Shown piece after piece: positions 38,944-50,175 of a stretch of 64,000 bases of DNA. The stretch covers positions 62,001 to 126,000 of the IMG/VR virus record IMGVR_UViG_3300008113_000015; one strand, written 5' to 3'. This DNA comes from an uncultured virus (IMG/VR IMGVR_UViG_3300008113_000015). Taxonomy: Duplodnaviria; Heunggongvirae; Uroviricota; Caudoviricetes. Position numbers and translations under genes: made by a program. Numbering within the stretch: the first letter of the stretch is position 1; the number at the start of each line of letters is the position of its first letter. The notes beneath the pieces are model-generated. The model was given only the letters and a program-made list of their open reading frames with translations, was not told the origin of the DNA and ran no database searches.

Positions 38944-40257
38944 ATGCCCCGTTTAAGCCTTTACCGCCCGAATCGTACCCGTGATTATCAATTTTTGGAT
39001 CGTACCATCCGAGAGATGTACACTGTTGGGGGTGTGGACATCTACATCCACAAATACATGGGTCCACAAACTGGCGGCGAAGATTCGGCATTTTCAGGCA
39101 ATGCTGATGCCACACAGCCTGTGTATGAAACACAGAGCCCGCTGAACATACAGGATCTGCTGTTGTTAGAAAACCGCGACAGAATATACGATCAAGACGT
39201 GTATGTCATGCGCGGAGTGTTCCAGACTCAGGACATTGATTTTGATTTAAGTCAATTTGGATTGTTTTTAAACAACGACACCCTGTTTATCACATTCCAC
39301 TACAATCGCATGATTGATGAATTTGGGCGCAAACTCATGAATGGTGACGTTTTAGAAATTCCTACACTGAAAGACTACTATCCATTGAATCCGGCTATTC
39401 CACAACCCTTGCCCAAGTATTATGTGATTCAAGACGCTGCTTTTGCATCCGAAGGATTCAGCCAAACCTGGTTGCCACACCTTTGGCGTGTGAAAGCCAC
39501 ACCTTTGGTCAACGCACAAGAATACAAAGACGTACTCAAAAAACCCATGGTCCAAGAGAATATCTGGGACTCAGACAATTTCTATCCTGCAGGTACTGTT
39601 GTTAATTACGGTAACACTTATTATCAGGCTGTGCAAAATGTGCCTGCAGGAACTACTATCAACAACACCAGTTATTGGCTGGAGTACACACCGTTGACCC
39701 AGAGTGATCAAATGACCACTCGCACCAAGGATCAAGAAATCAATGATGCTATACTTGCACAGGCCGATGTTGAAGTTCCATTAAGTGGCTACGATGTTGA
39801 CAAGTTTTATATTACTCCCACGTTGGAAAATGGACAGCCTGCCAACCCTGTGGGACTCAATACCAGTTCTACTACCACAGTAGACGGCACCGAAGGTGGT
39901 ATGAACTCTACCCCTCGCGGATTTGGATATACCCTGGGCTACTTAACCGGTGATGGCAAAGCACCAAACGGTTTCCCAGTCACTCCAGGAGTAAGCTTCC
40001 CGGACAGCCCAGTCAGCGGAGACTACGCTTTGCGGTTGGATTACTTGCCCAATCGTTTGTTCCGCTTTGATGGCAATCGTTGGGTACGTATCGAAGACAA
40101 TGTTCGCACAGATCTCAACAATGGACCAAATAACAAGACCCTACGCTCAGGCTTTGTAAATAACACAGCAGAAGTTCGTACTACAGATCGCGGCATGATT
40201 CCAAGTCGCCAGAGCCTTAGCGAAATTCTCAAACCCAGAGCCGACAACGGCGGATAA
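38944..40257 (+). CDS. Neck/head-closure protein (gp14-like) with inserted module
   Basis: IQDLLLLENRDR, FDLSQFG and GDVLEIP motifs; between gp13 and gp15; late box. Confidence 0.7.
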   Translation: MPRLSLYRPNRTRDYQFLDRTIREMYTVGGVDIYIHKYMGPQTGGEDSAFSGNADATQPVYETQSPLNIQDLLLLENRDRIYDQDVYVMRGVFQTQDIDFDLSQFGLFLNNDTLFITFHYNRMIDEFGRKLMNGDVLEIPTLKDYYPLNPAIPQPLPKYYVIQDAAFASEGFSQTWLPHLWRVKATPLVNAQEYKDVLKKPMVQENIWDSDNFYPAGTVVNYGNTYYQAVQNVPAGTTINNTSYWLEYTPLTQSDQMTTRTKDQEINDAILAQADVEVPLSGYDVDKFYITPTLENGQPANPVGLNTSSTTTVDGTEGGMNSTPRGFGYTLGYLTGDGKAPNGFPVTPGVSFPDSPVSGDYALRLDYLPNRLFRFDGNRWVRIEDNVRTDLNNGPNNKTLRSGFVNNTAEVRTTDRGMIPSRQSLSEILKPRADNGG

Positions 40258-40260
40258 ACA

Positions 40261-41658
40261 ATGCAACAATTCTTTTACGATGACCAAATACGTCGTTTCT
40301 TACTGCAATTTACTAGAATCTTTTCAGGGTTCCAAATAGAGTACGGCCGAGATTCTGCCAATCCTGACCAGTATGCGCTGTTGCGTGTGCCAGTTCGTTA
40401 CGGTGATGCCAGTCGAAATGCGCAGACTATCATTCAAGAAAACTCAGCCAACAGTTTGCCCAGCTCACCGTTGATGACTTTTTATATTGCAGGACTGGAC
40501 TACGATCGTCCACGCATGCAAGAACCTTACTTTGTGTCTCGCTTTGCAGTCAAACAACGTACCTACGACACTGTTACAGAAACCTACGAAACTTCCCAAG
40601 GCAATGCGTTCACTATTGAACGACTAATGCCTGTGCCCTACAAGCTGACCTTGAACTTGGATATTTGGACCACAAACACCAATCAAAAGATGCAGTTACT
40701 TGAACAGATTTTAACCTTGTTCAATCCTTCACTGGAAATACAAAGCACAGACAACTACATTGACTGGACTAGTTTGAGCGTAGTTGAATTAGAAAGTGTG
40801 CAATGGTCTAGTAGAACTATACCTATATCCACAGAAAATCCCATAGATATTTGCACGTTGCGATTTAACTTGCCTATCTGGATCAGTTCTCCTGCCAAGG
40901 TCAAGAAACTGGGAGTGATCGAACGTGTGATTGCCAGCATGTACGATGCGCAAGGAGATTTACGAGATGCAGTGACCAACAGTGATTTGTTGCTGGGTAC
41001 ACGTCAGGTTATAACACCTTTCAACTACAAAATTATGTTGATTGGCAACAGCATACAAATACTGCAAGAGCGTGCAATTGTGGATCAACCAAATACTAGC
41101 CTAGAACCGCCAGACATTGTGAGTGGCAGCGGGCTACTATGGCCTGCTGTGATTGGCATGTATGGCGTACTGAGGCCTGGTATCAGTCAAATACGACTAA
41201 CACAGCCCGATGGTTCAGAAGTGGTTGGCACAATAGTGGTTGATCCCAACGATGAACGTTTTGTGTTGTTTAGCGTGGACCAAGACACAGCACCTCAAAA
41301 CACCATGCTACCAGTGAATGCCGTGATCAACCCCTTGATCAGTGCGCCTGGCAACGGGTTACCAGCAGCAGTTGCTGGACAACGATACTTGTTGACTGAG
41401 GGTACTGGTGCAGTGAACAACGCATTTCCTGCAACAGCCTGGTTGGGTGCGTCAAACCGTCCTGTAGTAGCGCAAGAAAACGACATCATTGAATACAACG
41501 GTAGCTGGTGGGATGTAACTTTCTACGCACAGCAACAAACACAAATTCAATACATAAGTAACCTCACCACAGGCATACAGTACGAATGGACAGGCGGCTC
41601 ATGGATCAAAAGCTATCAAGGAATTTACCCCGGCGGCGACTGGAGTCTGGTATTGTGA
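40261..41658 (+). CDS. Tail sheath stabiliser / tail terminator (gp15-like) with C-terminal extension
   Basis: FFYD.QIRRF, VPVRYG, MPVPY.L and Q..EQIL.LFNP motifs. Confidence 0.85.
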   Translation: MQQFFYDDQIRRFLLQFTRIFSGFQIEYGRDSANPDQYALLRVPVRYGDASRNAQTIIQENSANSLPSSPLMTFYIAGLDYDRPRMQEPYFVSRFAVKQRTYDTVTETYETSQGNAFTIERLMPVPYKLTLNLDIWTTNTNQKMQLLEQILTLFNPSLEIQSTDNYIDWTSLSVVELESVQWSSRTIPISTENPIDICTLRFNLPIWISSPAKVKKLGVIERVIASMYDAQGDLRDAVTNSDLLLGTRQVITPFNYKIMLIGNSIQILQERAIVDQPNTSLEPPDIVSGSGLLWPAVIGMYGVLRPGISQIRLTQPDGSEVVGTIVVDPNDERFVLFSVDQDTAPQNTMLPVNAVINPLISAPGNGLPAAVAGQRYLLTEGTGAVNNAFPATAWLGASNRPVVAQENDIIEYNGSWWDVTFYAQQQTQIQYISNLTTGIQYEWTGGSWIKSYQGIYPGGDWSLVL

Positions 41659-42086
41659 ACGCAGTAGGTGTTTGGTTTCGAAGCAACCAAACCAATCGTT
41701 ATCTGTATCTACTAAGAAACGATGCCAAGCACCCAGGAACCTGGGGGCTGCCAGGTGGTAAAATTGAACCAGGTGAAACCTTGCTAGGTGGCATGGAGCG
41801 AGAATGCATCGAAGAGCTAGGTAGCTTTCCTGCATATCGTCGACTGGTACCCATTGAAAAATTTACTTCAGCTGACAATAAGTTTGTATATCACACATTT
41901 GTATGTGTGGTAGATGATGAATTTGTTCCTGTGCTCAACAACGAGCACTTGGGCTATGCCTGGATTGACGAAGGCACATGGCCCAAACCTTTGCATCCCG
42001 GGCTTTGGAGTACTGTGAATATGGACACAGTACAAAACAAAATCCTGCGTGTTGCGCAGGATTTTGTTGTTTCCAAACAGGCCTGA
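41655..42086 (+). CDS. NUDIX hydrolase
   Basis: Nudix box GGKIEPGETLLGGMERECIEELG; start uncertain (GTG at 41655 gives a GTGA overlap). Confidence 0.9.
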   Translation: MNAVGVWFRSNQTNRYLYLLRNDAKHPGTWGLPGGKIEPGETLLGGMERECIEELGSFPAYRRLVPIEKFTSADNKFVYHTFVCVVDDEFVPVLNNEHLGYAWIDEGTWPKPLHPGLWSTVNMDTVQNKILRVAQDFVVSKQA

Positions 42087-45000
42087 TCAGGCTTGAGATT
42101 CTTGGAATTGCAATTGAACTTCTCCCACTGGACTTGACTGTGTGGTCAATGCGGTAAGTTGCACTGCCAACACTTCAGGTCCGTTGGGATAGGTTCCTGT
42201 GCCTGGTATACCACTGGTTCCAATCTGTTTAACTGAGCTCAAATCCAGCACTCCCGAATTGGTAGTAGATATCGGGATAGCAAACAGCCTTTCGCCGCCA
42301 CTTAGTTCAGTGGTAATAGCTTGAATGGTCATGTTTAAATCGTTAGACGGGGTGCCCCCACCCAACGCATTGCCCAAAATCTTCACAGTATCTCCCACAG
42401 CATAACCTGTACCAGCATTTTGTATTGAGATCTGAGTGGTTGAATTAGTGTAACTTGTACCAGAAGCCGTTAACTGTACTGTGACGTTGGCTGAGGACCC
42501 TGAGCTTGACACGTTGGTCAACGTTAATCCACTGAAGGTTCTAATCGCTGATCCGCCAAACAGCACTTTGGTACCTGACTTGGAGAAGCCGCCAGTAGTA
42601 CCAAACAAACTGGATGTTACACCGCCTGTGGTTTCACCGGTATATCGCGGAGCAGTTGCAAACTGTGTGAAACTAGGTTGGAATCCTCCACCCAAATTGT
42701 TCAGCCCTGACCAAGTGGTATTAGCTGAATCAATGTTGTTGGGGTTGAGAATACCTTCAACCAAGTATCGGCCAGCACTTACTTGAATGTTGAGATTGCT
42801 CAGTGTTAGTTGGGCTCGATTGATCAAGGTGCGTACACCCAAATCACCAATAATACCATCGCTTACACTAGGACTCAATCGCATGGCAAACACTGTTTGC
42901 TTTGCGCCAATGGTACCTGGCAAACCATAGTTGGTACGGTTGAATGTAAATTGATAACCTTCGTCGCCGTCAAAATTACCGTCCATGATCACTGAACTAC
43001 CCCAGTGGTTGACCAACGGAGCACAGGTATTACTGATCAAGATTACACCAGTGTTATCTGTATGGCTTGCGGCAGCACTAGAAGTAAAGCTACGACTAGC
43101 TCCATCTACCCATTGGTCGAATGTAGCTGCTCGTGTAACTCCTGTGAGTGTGTTTCCGCTCTTGCCTGAATACTTGATAATTTCACTATCAATCATCACA
43201 AACACAGGATAGGTAACACTGGCTGCAGGATACTGGCTAGCATCACGCAAGTCTATAGTAGTTTGGCTGTCATTGATTGCGCCATCTAAACTTGACACTG
43301 GAGTTTCATTGACTGCTTCGTAGCGACCAGGCAAGTTACCTGAACGCATGTATGCTTCGTTGTTCAAGTTGTTGTTGGGTCTACGATGCGCAGGAATCAT
43401 AGTACCTTGTTGGCCTCGAATCATCCATTGTACATAGCCAGCACCGTACCATGAATATTCTACTCCCAACATCTGCATTTTGTTTGCGTCTACAGTGAAA
43501 CCACTGGGTCCTGTACCATCCAATGTATCAACGTTGAAATCGTCTTGAACCACGCGAATTTCCTGGCGAAGAGCCATTTTTACACGTACTTGATTGGACA
43601 CTCCGCGGAATGTAGGCACCACTGTCATACGATTGTTGTCCAACACTGATGTCACTGTGTGTGTCATACCTTGTATAACAACTATGTCGCCGTTGTTGAG
43701 TTGGTCTTGGAAACGGCAAGTGCCATCACCTGTTACCAAATTTGATCCCACACCCACTGACACTAGGCCAGCTAGTTGGAAGGTGCTTGAACGTTGTACC
43801 ACGTTCAGTGTTTGGCCGTTGTGTTCCCAGAACAAACCGTTTTGATCATCAAAGATACCGGCTCGTACACTAGAACCGTGCCATTGTGTCACAGAAATTC
43901 GTGGTTGTTGACCCAACTCAGGTGCAACACTGCCTAAGGTGTTTTGTGCTTGAACTACAAAGCTGATATCACTGCCGATACTGGTTACTGTGTAGTTGGT
44001 GTCATTGTATCCTGAGGTGGTTACACCACTGATTGTAATAGTTGCTCCAGGGTTGAGTCCGTGTTCTAGGTCTGTAGTAACGGTAATGTTGCTACCAGCC
44101 GCGGTTCCTGCTGCTACAATTCCTGCAATGTCAAATGTGGGCTTGAGCATACTACCTGATGTAAACAAGATACCTTTACCAGATTGATAGCGGAAATATT
44201 TCTTGGTCTGTCGAACAGCGGCTGCTCCTCGAGTAGGAGTACCAGTGCTCAATACAACACCACCATCAAACGGTCTTGGTAAGAATGCAGCATTGCTACG
44301 AACGTTGATAACACCTGCAAGGCTACCGCTTACCGCTGCACCTGATTTGGCAGTGTAGGCAAAAGTAGTGGTACTGGGCACAGCAGTAACAAAGAAACTG
44401 CCGGTAGCATAGGCCTGGTTTGTTCCTGACGACAGCGCAACCAAAATTGGAGTTCCTGGGACCAGACCGTGAGCATACGTAGTTGTTACGGTGATAGTAC
44501 TAGGCGTTAATCCGTCGCTGACAATGCTGGCGATGTCAAGATCAGCACCAGTGTACGGGAACGCTTGACGGACCACGCTGTCATATTGATTCAACGGATA
44601 ACCTGGTGCCAAATTTGGTAATCTTCGTGGATAGAAAGCAAAGTTATTGTCATTGGCATAGTAAACATAGCTCACGCCTTCAGCGTTGCTACTAGCTTGG
44701 TTTTGCATACTGACATATTCGCCAGCTGTCAATCCATGGCTGTCTGCGTTGACAGCAACTTGAGGAATATTGGTATTGCCAGTAGCATCATAAATGCCTG
44801 TCATGCGGATCACAGGAGATCCAACCCCAGCAGCAGCCAATGCTGTGGTATTAAACTGACCACGAGCAATTGTTTGTGTTCCGTTGACTGCTGTACTAAC
44901 TGCACTCATATTAACCAGTTCTACGTTGCTACTTAGGCGTTGCATCACTGAGCCAGTGACAAAAGCATTAGCTGGACTTGTGTTGTACCATCCTCGTGTA

Positions 45001-46052
45001 AGCTGCAAAGTTGTACCATTGGTTACTTCATAAACTCTGGCTATTTCAATGTTGTTTACTGCATAAACGTCATTGCCAATGGTAATGTTAGCTGATCCAC
45101 CGTTGGACTGGTTTGACTGTCGAACCACTGTGAGAGCGTTGCCTGCCACGTTAGTCACAGACATTACTTCATAAACATTGGCTGTATCTGTTTCAACTAT
45201 GATATAGCTACCGTCCGAAATACCAGCAGCAGTTACGTTGGCCACGTTAACAGTAGTAGTAGCCACGCTGGTAATGTTGGCCACTGCAACTGTGGTACCA
45301 CCTGTACCAGGATTTCCAATAATGATCAAGTTGTCGCCTACGCTTAACCCAGTAGTGCTGGCCACAGTGAAAGTTCGTTCAGCCGAACTGTTGACATTGG
45401 CTGTCAATCTAGTGCTTACAAACGGAGTCACGTTGCCCTGTGTTTGACTAATAATCAACGCAAAATCATTGGCTACCCACTGTGCTGTACTTTGGTTTTG
45501 CAGTCTCACACTGGTATCTACGTTGCTGGTGATTTGGTCATCGCCCGCTAACATTGTAGCATAACCATTGGTATTGATTACAATGTCTGCACCAATGTCT
45601 TCATAGAAAGCTGGAATATTGTTAATAGTAGCAAAGTTTTGCCACTTGGTATTTTGCAGACCATATTCAAAGTCAGCGTCAATTAGGGCCTGTGGGTTAC
45701 TGATTCGTTCACGTCCAATTGCGTCTAGACCAAAACTCCACGGTTGTACAATCATCTCAGCGTTTTCTACCCAGATAGCCAACTTGTCATTGGGATCCAT
45801 GGCAGAAGTATCAGTGTCCAAGGTAAGTGTTGTAACACCATCGTAGGCTGCAGGGAAGTCGTTGGTTGGGCCTGCTGTCCAGGCCACTGTGCCGCCTAAC
45901 GAAGGATCACCAAAATTGTAGATGCAGATACCGTCTGTTGTGTTATAAATGGCAAGGAATTCAGGCAAATTTACCCGGCCTACTATTTTGACGGTGCCTA
46001 CACCAGCAGTGCTAGGGGTAAAAACGTAATTATTAACTCGTTGTCGTGCCAT
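42087..46052 (-). CDS. Large virion/tail-associated protein with repeated beta domains and lectin-like domain
   Basis: 1321 aa; D.IGRERISNP, FRYQSGKG and SWYGAG motifs; repeated HGL..G domains. Confidence 0.7.
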   Translation of the reverse strand: MARQRVNNYVFTPSTAGVGTVKIVGRVNLPEFLAIYNTTDGICIYNFGDPSLGGTVAWTAGPTNDFPAAYDGVTTLTLDTDTSAMDPNDKLAIWVENAEMIVQPWSFGLDAIGRERISNPQALIDADFEYGLQNTKWQNFATINNIPAFYEDIGADIVINTNGYATMLAGDDQITSNVDTSVRLQNQSTAQWVANDFALIISQTQGNVTPFVSTRLTANVNSSAERTFTVASTTGLSVGDNLIIIGNPGTGGTTVAVANITSVATTTVNVANVTAAGISDGSYIIVETDTANVYEVMSVTNVAGNALTVVRQSNQSNGGSANITIGNDVYAVNNIEIARVYEVTNGTTLQLTRGWYNTSPANAFVTGSVMQRLSSNVELVNMSAVSTAVNGTQTIARGQFNTTALAAAGVGSPVIRMTGIYDATGNTNIPQVAVNADSHGLTAGEYVSMQNQASSNAEGVSYVYYANDNNFAFYPRRLPNLAPGYPLNQYDSVVRQAFPYTGADLDIASIVSDGLTPSTITVTTTYAHGLVPGTPILVALSSGTNQAYATGSFFVTAVPSTTTFAYTAKSGAAVSGSLAGVINVRSNAAFLPRPFDGGVVLSTGTPTRGAAAVRQTKKYFRYQSGKGILFTSGSMLKPTFDIAGIVAAGTAAGSNITVTTDLEHGLNPGATITISGVTTSGYNDTNYTVTSIGSDISFVVQAQNTLGSVAPELGQQPRISVTQWHGSSVRAGIFDDQNGLFWEHNGQTLNVVQRSSTFQLAGLVSVGVGSNLVTGDGTCRFQDQLNNGDIVVIQGMTHTVTSVLDNNRMTVVPTFRGVSNQVRVKMALRQEIRVVQDDFNVDTLDGTGPSGFTVDANKMQMLGVEYSWYGAGYVQWMIRGQQGTMIPAHRRPNNNLNNEAYMRSGNLPGRYEAVNETPVSSLDGAINDSQTTIDLRDASQYPAASVTYPVFVMIDSEIIKYSGKSGNTLTGVTRAATFDQWVDGASRSFTSSAAASHTDNTGVILISNTCAPLVNHWGSSVIMDGNFDGDEGYQFTFNRTNYGLPGTIGAKQTVFAMRLSPSVSDGIIGDLGVRTLINRAQLTLSNLNIQVSAGRYLVEGILNPNNIDSANTTWSGLNNLGGGFQPSFTQFATAPRYTGETTGGVTSSLFGTTGGFSKSGTKVLFGGSAIRTFSGLTLTNVSSSGSSANVTVQLTASGTSYTNSTTQISIQNAGTGYAVGDTVKILGNALGGGTPSNDLNMTIQAITTELSGGERLFAIPISTTNSGVLDLSSVKQIGTSGIPGTGTYPNGPEVLAVQLTALTTQSSPVGEVQLQFQESQA

Positions 46053-46055
46053 TTC

Positions 46056-46448
46056 TTAAACTCCAAATATGATTTGATTAGCTGTCAACGTTGCTTGAGT
46101 AGTCGTTGAAAACTTGTTATAACCAATAGTACCATTGGCAATTTTACTGTTGGTCACTGTGCCATCGCTGGGTGTGCCAGTATATAGTGTGTCACCCATA
46201 ATGACACCAAAGAATGGTGTCAATGTTGCCGGCGGTGTGGTAAAACTGATATTTGATCCTGATATACTAAATCCCACTCCAGGGTTCAATACAACATTGT
46301 TCAAGCTTACCATCATTGCATAGGCAGTGGGAGGAGAGAAAGATGTTCCGCCCACGGTGATCGGAAACACTGTGTCTGTGCCGTTGAATGCCGGCGTGTC
46401 CATGTATCTGTATTGCCCAATCTGCGGTGTATTACCCAAGTAAGCCAT
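46056..46448 (-). CDS. Small fibre adaptor-like protein
   Basis: MAYLGNTP...FNG...F...LNNVVLNPG...F.TPP, homologous to the N-terminus of the 50175 gene; SD AAGGA. Confidence 0.7.
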   Translation of the reverse strand: MAYLGNTPQIGQYRYMDTPAFNGTDTVFPITVGGTSFSPPTAYAMMVSLNNVVLNPGVGFSISGSNISFTTPPATLTPFFGVIMGDTLYTGTPSDGTVTNSKIANGTIGYNKFSTTTQATLTANQIIFGV

Positions 46449-46457
46449 TTGTTTTCC

Positions 46458-49400
46458 TTATAGTCTGCCAACCACAACTTCAATTGTGCCTGACTCTCCG
46501 TTGAAATCTTCCAACGCTTTTCCAATTACACTGCCCAGTGTGGGTGTTGTGCAGGCCATGGCATGACCGTTGCCTGCTGACACCATCATTTGTCCTTTGC
46601 GCACTGTGCCAATGACCTTGACAGGAACTCGTCCCATCAATGCCACCAAACTCAACCACTGTTCCTGGCTCATATTCAGCATCTGCTGAATAGTTTTCTG
46701 CCAAGTCGGCATACTGTGCTGTTGTTGCTTTGGCAAACACAGTGTTGAATGTGGTAGTTGTGCTACCGATGTTGCCAACGCCAGTTGATGCACCGTTTAC
46801 AATAGCAGTAGCGGCTGCACCTGAATTCACTGTGATTGCGCCACTTACTGTGAGTGCAGTGAGTGTACCAACACTTGTGATGTTACCTTGCGCGGCTGTG
46901 GTCACTGTACCTGCTGTGGTTGCCGAAGTGGCTGCTCCACTCAATGTAGCAGTAATAGTACCTGCACTAAAGTTACCTGACGCATCACGAGCAACTACTT
47001 TGCTGGCTGTATTAGCACTAGTGGCATCAACTGCGGCTGTAACGGCTGAACTACCATTGTAGCTTGTGCCGGTTAAGTATGTGCCCAAAGTCAGTGCATT
47101 AGTTGCTGTGGCTGTTATAGTTCCCGATCCGCCTAGGGCAATTGCAGTACCGTTAACCGTCAAGCTAGCGTTGGCCAATCTAGCTTGTGCCAATGTGCCT
47201 GATGAAATATTAGTAGCACTGATTGATGTTACGTTTGCACCTGAGCCGTTGAGTGTTCCAATAAAGTTACCGCTGGTGGTGTTACCAGTTACTGCCAAAC
47301 TGCCTAGTGTACCTACACTAGTAATGTTTGTTTGTGAGGCTGTGGTCAATGTACCTACAATGCTAGTACCACTTAGGTTACCTGATGTGATATTGCCAGT
47401 TACTGCCAAACTGCCTAGTGTACCTACACTAGTAATGTTTGTTTGTGCGGCTGTGGTCAGCGTACCAACAATACTTGTGCCTTGCAAGTTACCTGATGTG
47501 ATGTTGCCAGTTACTGCCAAACTAGTCAATGTACCAACACTTGTAATGTTAGCTTGTGCCGCATTAGTCACTGTGGCTGCTGTAGTTGCAGAAGTGGCTG
47601 CACCACTTAGAGTAGCTGTAATTGTATTGGCTGCAAAGTTACCAGCACTATCACGCAATACCACGGTGCTTGCACTGTTGGCAGTGTTTGAACTCAATGT
47701 AACTGTGATATTGCCAGTACCAGCACTGGTAGTAATGCCTGTACCGCTGACAGCAAAATTACCAACACCTGTGTGAGTGTGGTCTGCGCGAGCGTATCTT
47801 AGGCTGGTACCAATTGCGGCTGAACCAATATTGGTTGGAGCCACTGAACTGGCCTGTCCAACTACATAAGCAGTTGTAGCAACTTGGGTAGTATTTGTAT
47901 CTGCCGCAGCAGTGGCAGCAGTGACAATGTTGGTAAATGCAGCGTTGTTGGCAGTGATGTTGCCACTGGCACTAACACTGGCTCCAATTACTGCCGCAAC
48001 AGCAACTAAATTGCCGCCAGCTACGTTAGCAGTAGATGTAATATTGCCTGTGGCTGTAACTAGTCCAGCTGTAACAATGTTTCCGCCTGTGACGTTGCCT
48101 GTAGTTGATACTGAGCCACCAACTGATATAAGACCAGTAGTGAGCAAGTTACCACCAGTAACGTTGCCACTTGCACTTATGGTTGTGGCACCTGTAATAG
48201 CACCAGTTAATGCCAAACTAGCTGCATTGACTGCACCAACGGCTGTAATCAGTCCACCTGTGACAATGTTACCGCCTTGAATGTTGCCAGTGGCTGTAAT
48301 CAACCCCGCTGTGGTAATATTGCCACCAGTAATGTTGGCTGCAGAAACAATGTTTGCTGTGGCTGTTATTCTGCCACCAGTTGTTAAGTTGCCGCCAGTG
48401 ACGTTACCAGTGGCTGTTATCAAACCAGCTGTGGTAATGTTGCCGCCAGTGACGTTACCAGTGGCACTAGCAATACCAGTTACATACACTCCGTCTGTTG
48501 CAGCAACTAATACGTTAGCTGTGCCACCAACCTGTACTGTGACGTCGGAGTTAGCAATTACTCTGACGTTAGATGTGCCATTAGTAAGTTGTGTGGTACT
48601 CAATCCACTCAACAAGGATCCATTGCCTAATATGAAGTTTCCAGATATGTTTCCTGTGGCTGTGATGTTTCCTGTGGCACTTAAAATTGCTGCATTTACA
48701 TTGCCGCCATTGATGTTACCTGTGGCTGAAACTAGTCCGCCTGTGTTGATATTGCTACCTGTGACATTACCTGTAGCAATAACAGCTCCGGTTGCTGACA
48801 CAATAGCGGTATTAACATTGCCGCCATTGATGTTACCTGTGGCTGAAACTAGTCCGCCTGTGTTGATGTTGCTACCTGTAACGTTGCCTGAGCCGCTGAG
48901 TGTGGTTCCAGAAATTGCTGTACCAGTAATGGCTCCACCAGCAGTGATCAAACCAGTACTGATGATGTTTCCACCAGTGACATTGGCTGCACTGGTAATA
49001 TTTCCAGTAGCGGTGATCAATCCACCTGTTTGAACATTGGCTCCGAGTACATTGCCTGCGGCGCTGAGATTGCCTGTAGTAGTGGCCAGTCCTGTGATAG
49101 CAACACCAGTTGAACTAATAGTGGCAATCGTGATACCATTTACGTTTTGAACGATGCTGCCATTAGGGCTAGCAATAATAACTTTAGAATTGGCATTGAG
49201 AATCTGTGTAGTATCAGTACTGATTCCAGTAAGAGCACTACCATTGCCTACAAAGTATGCAGCATCAACATTACCAGACGCACTTACAGTACCAGTAACA
49301 AAATCCTCAAGTACAAAGCTGGCATTGCCGGTATCAACTACTGTGGTAGGTTTGGCAGTTAAGTTACCAAACAGCTTCCATCTTCCGTCAGTGATATCAC

Positions 49401-50175
49401 GGAACAGTCCTGAGTATCGTGTGACTCCATCATTGTATTCAGTTACAAAACCCGAATCGTATGTGTCGCCAGGGTTGGCATTGGCCAAGAAAATAAATGG
49501 ATCAGTTACGTCCAGACTGTCGGTGCCTGTTGTGGTAAATGTTCCGTTGACAACAAAGTCGCCCACACAGGTGATATTTTGCCCAACATTCAAGTTGCCA
49601 GTTATACCCACACCACCGCCAAATACACCACTGCCTGTGGCTACGTTTGAACTAACTGTAGTGCTAGTAATAGACAAATCACCGTTGGCATTGATATTGC
49701 CAGATACACCAACTCCACCGTTGAGCACCAAAACTCCAGTGGTGTTACTGGTGCTAGCAGCGTTTGAATTTATGGTTATTTTTTGTGAACCTGCCACTGT
49801 CACTGACATAGAAGTAGCGTTTGCCCAATACAATCCTGTGTTGTTGGCCGCAAGGCTATAAACGCCGGGTGCTCCTACTGTGCCTGCTGGAAAAGCAGTG
49901 GTTTGTAAATTTAGGGTGTTAAGTGCTCCAGCACGAAAAGTAACAGTGATATTGTTTGTTGCTGATGCAGGAGGTGCTGTAAACAGTAACACAGTGCCTT
50001 CTGCATCGTAATCAATGCCAGGGCGTTGCGCAGTACTACCAATCAGCACATCCAAATCGCTGGCTGATGCCACACTGCGATTTAACGCAAATTGCAAAGT
50101 AATACCATCCCCACTGAAATATTGGGTACTGGTATTCAGCAGCGGTGTATTTGGATTTAGGCCGATATAGCTCAT
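46458..50175 (-). CDS. Gly/Asn/Thr-rich tail fibre; C-terminal chaperone/peptidase (YADLAE) domain broken by a frameshifting deletion
   Basis: The main frame reads YADLAE...EFGG and then becomes unrelated; the conserved VALMGRVP...IEVVVGRL end is in another frame ending at 46458. Confidence 0.8.
47285..47560. repeat. 111-bp (37 aa) tandem repeat in the fibre gene
   Basis: Units start at 47285, 47396 and 47507; the first two share 52 identical nt; encodes T.AAQ.NITSVGTL.SLAVTGN. Confidence 0.9.

Noticed and set aside
46630..46660. Programmed +1 frameshift in the fibre gene
   Set aside because: No slippery site, and shifting would still leave 38 conserved residues missing; a deletion explains it better
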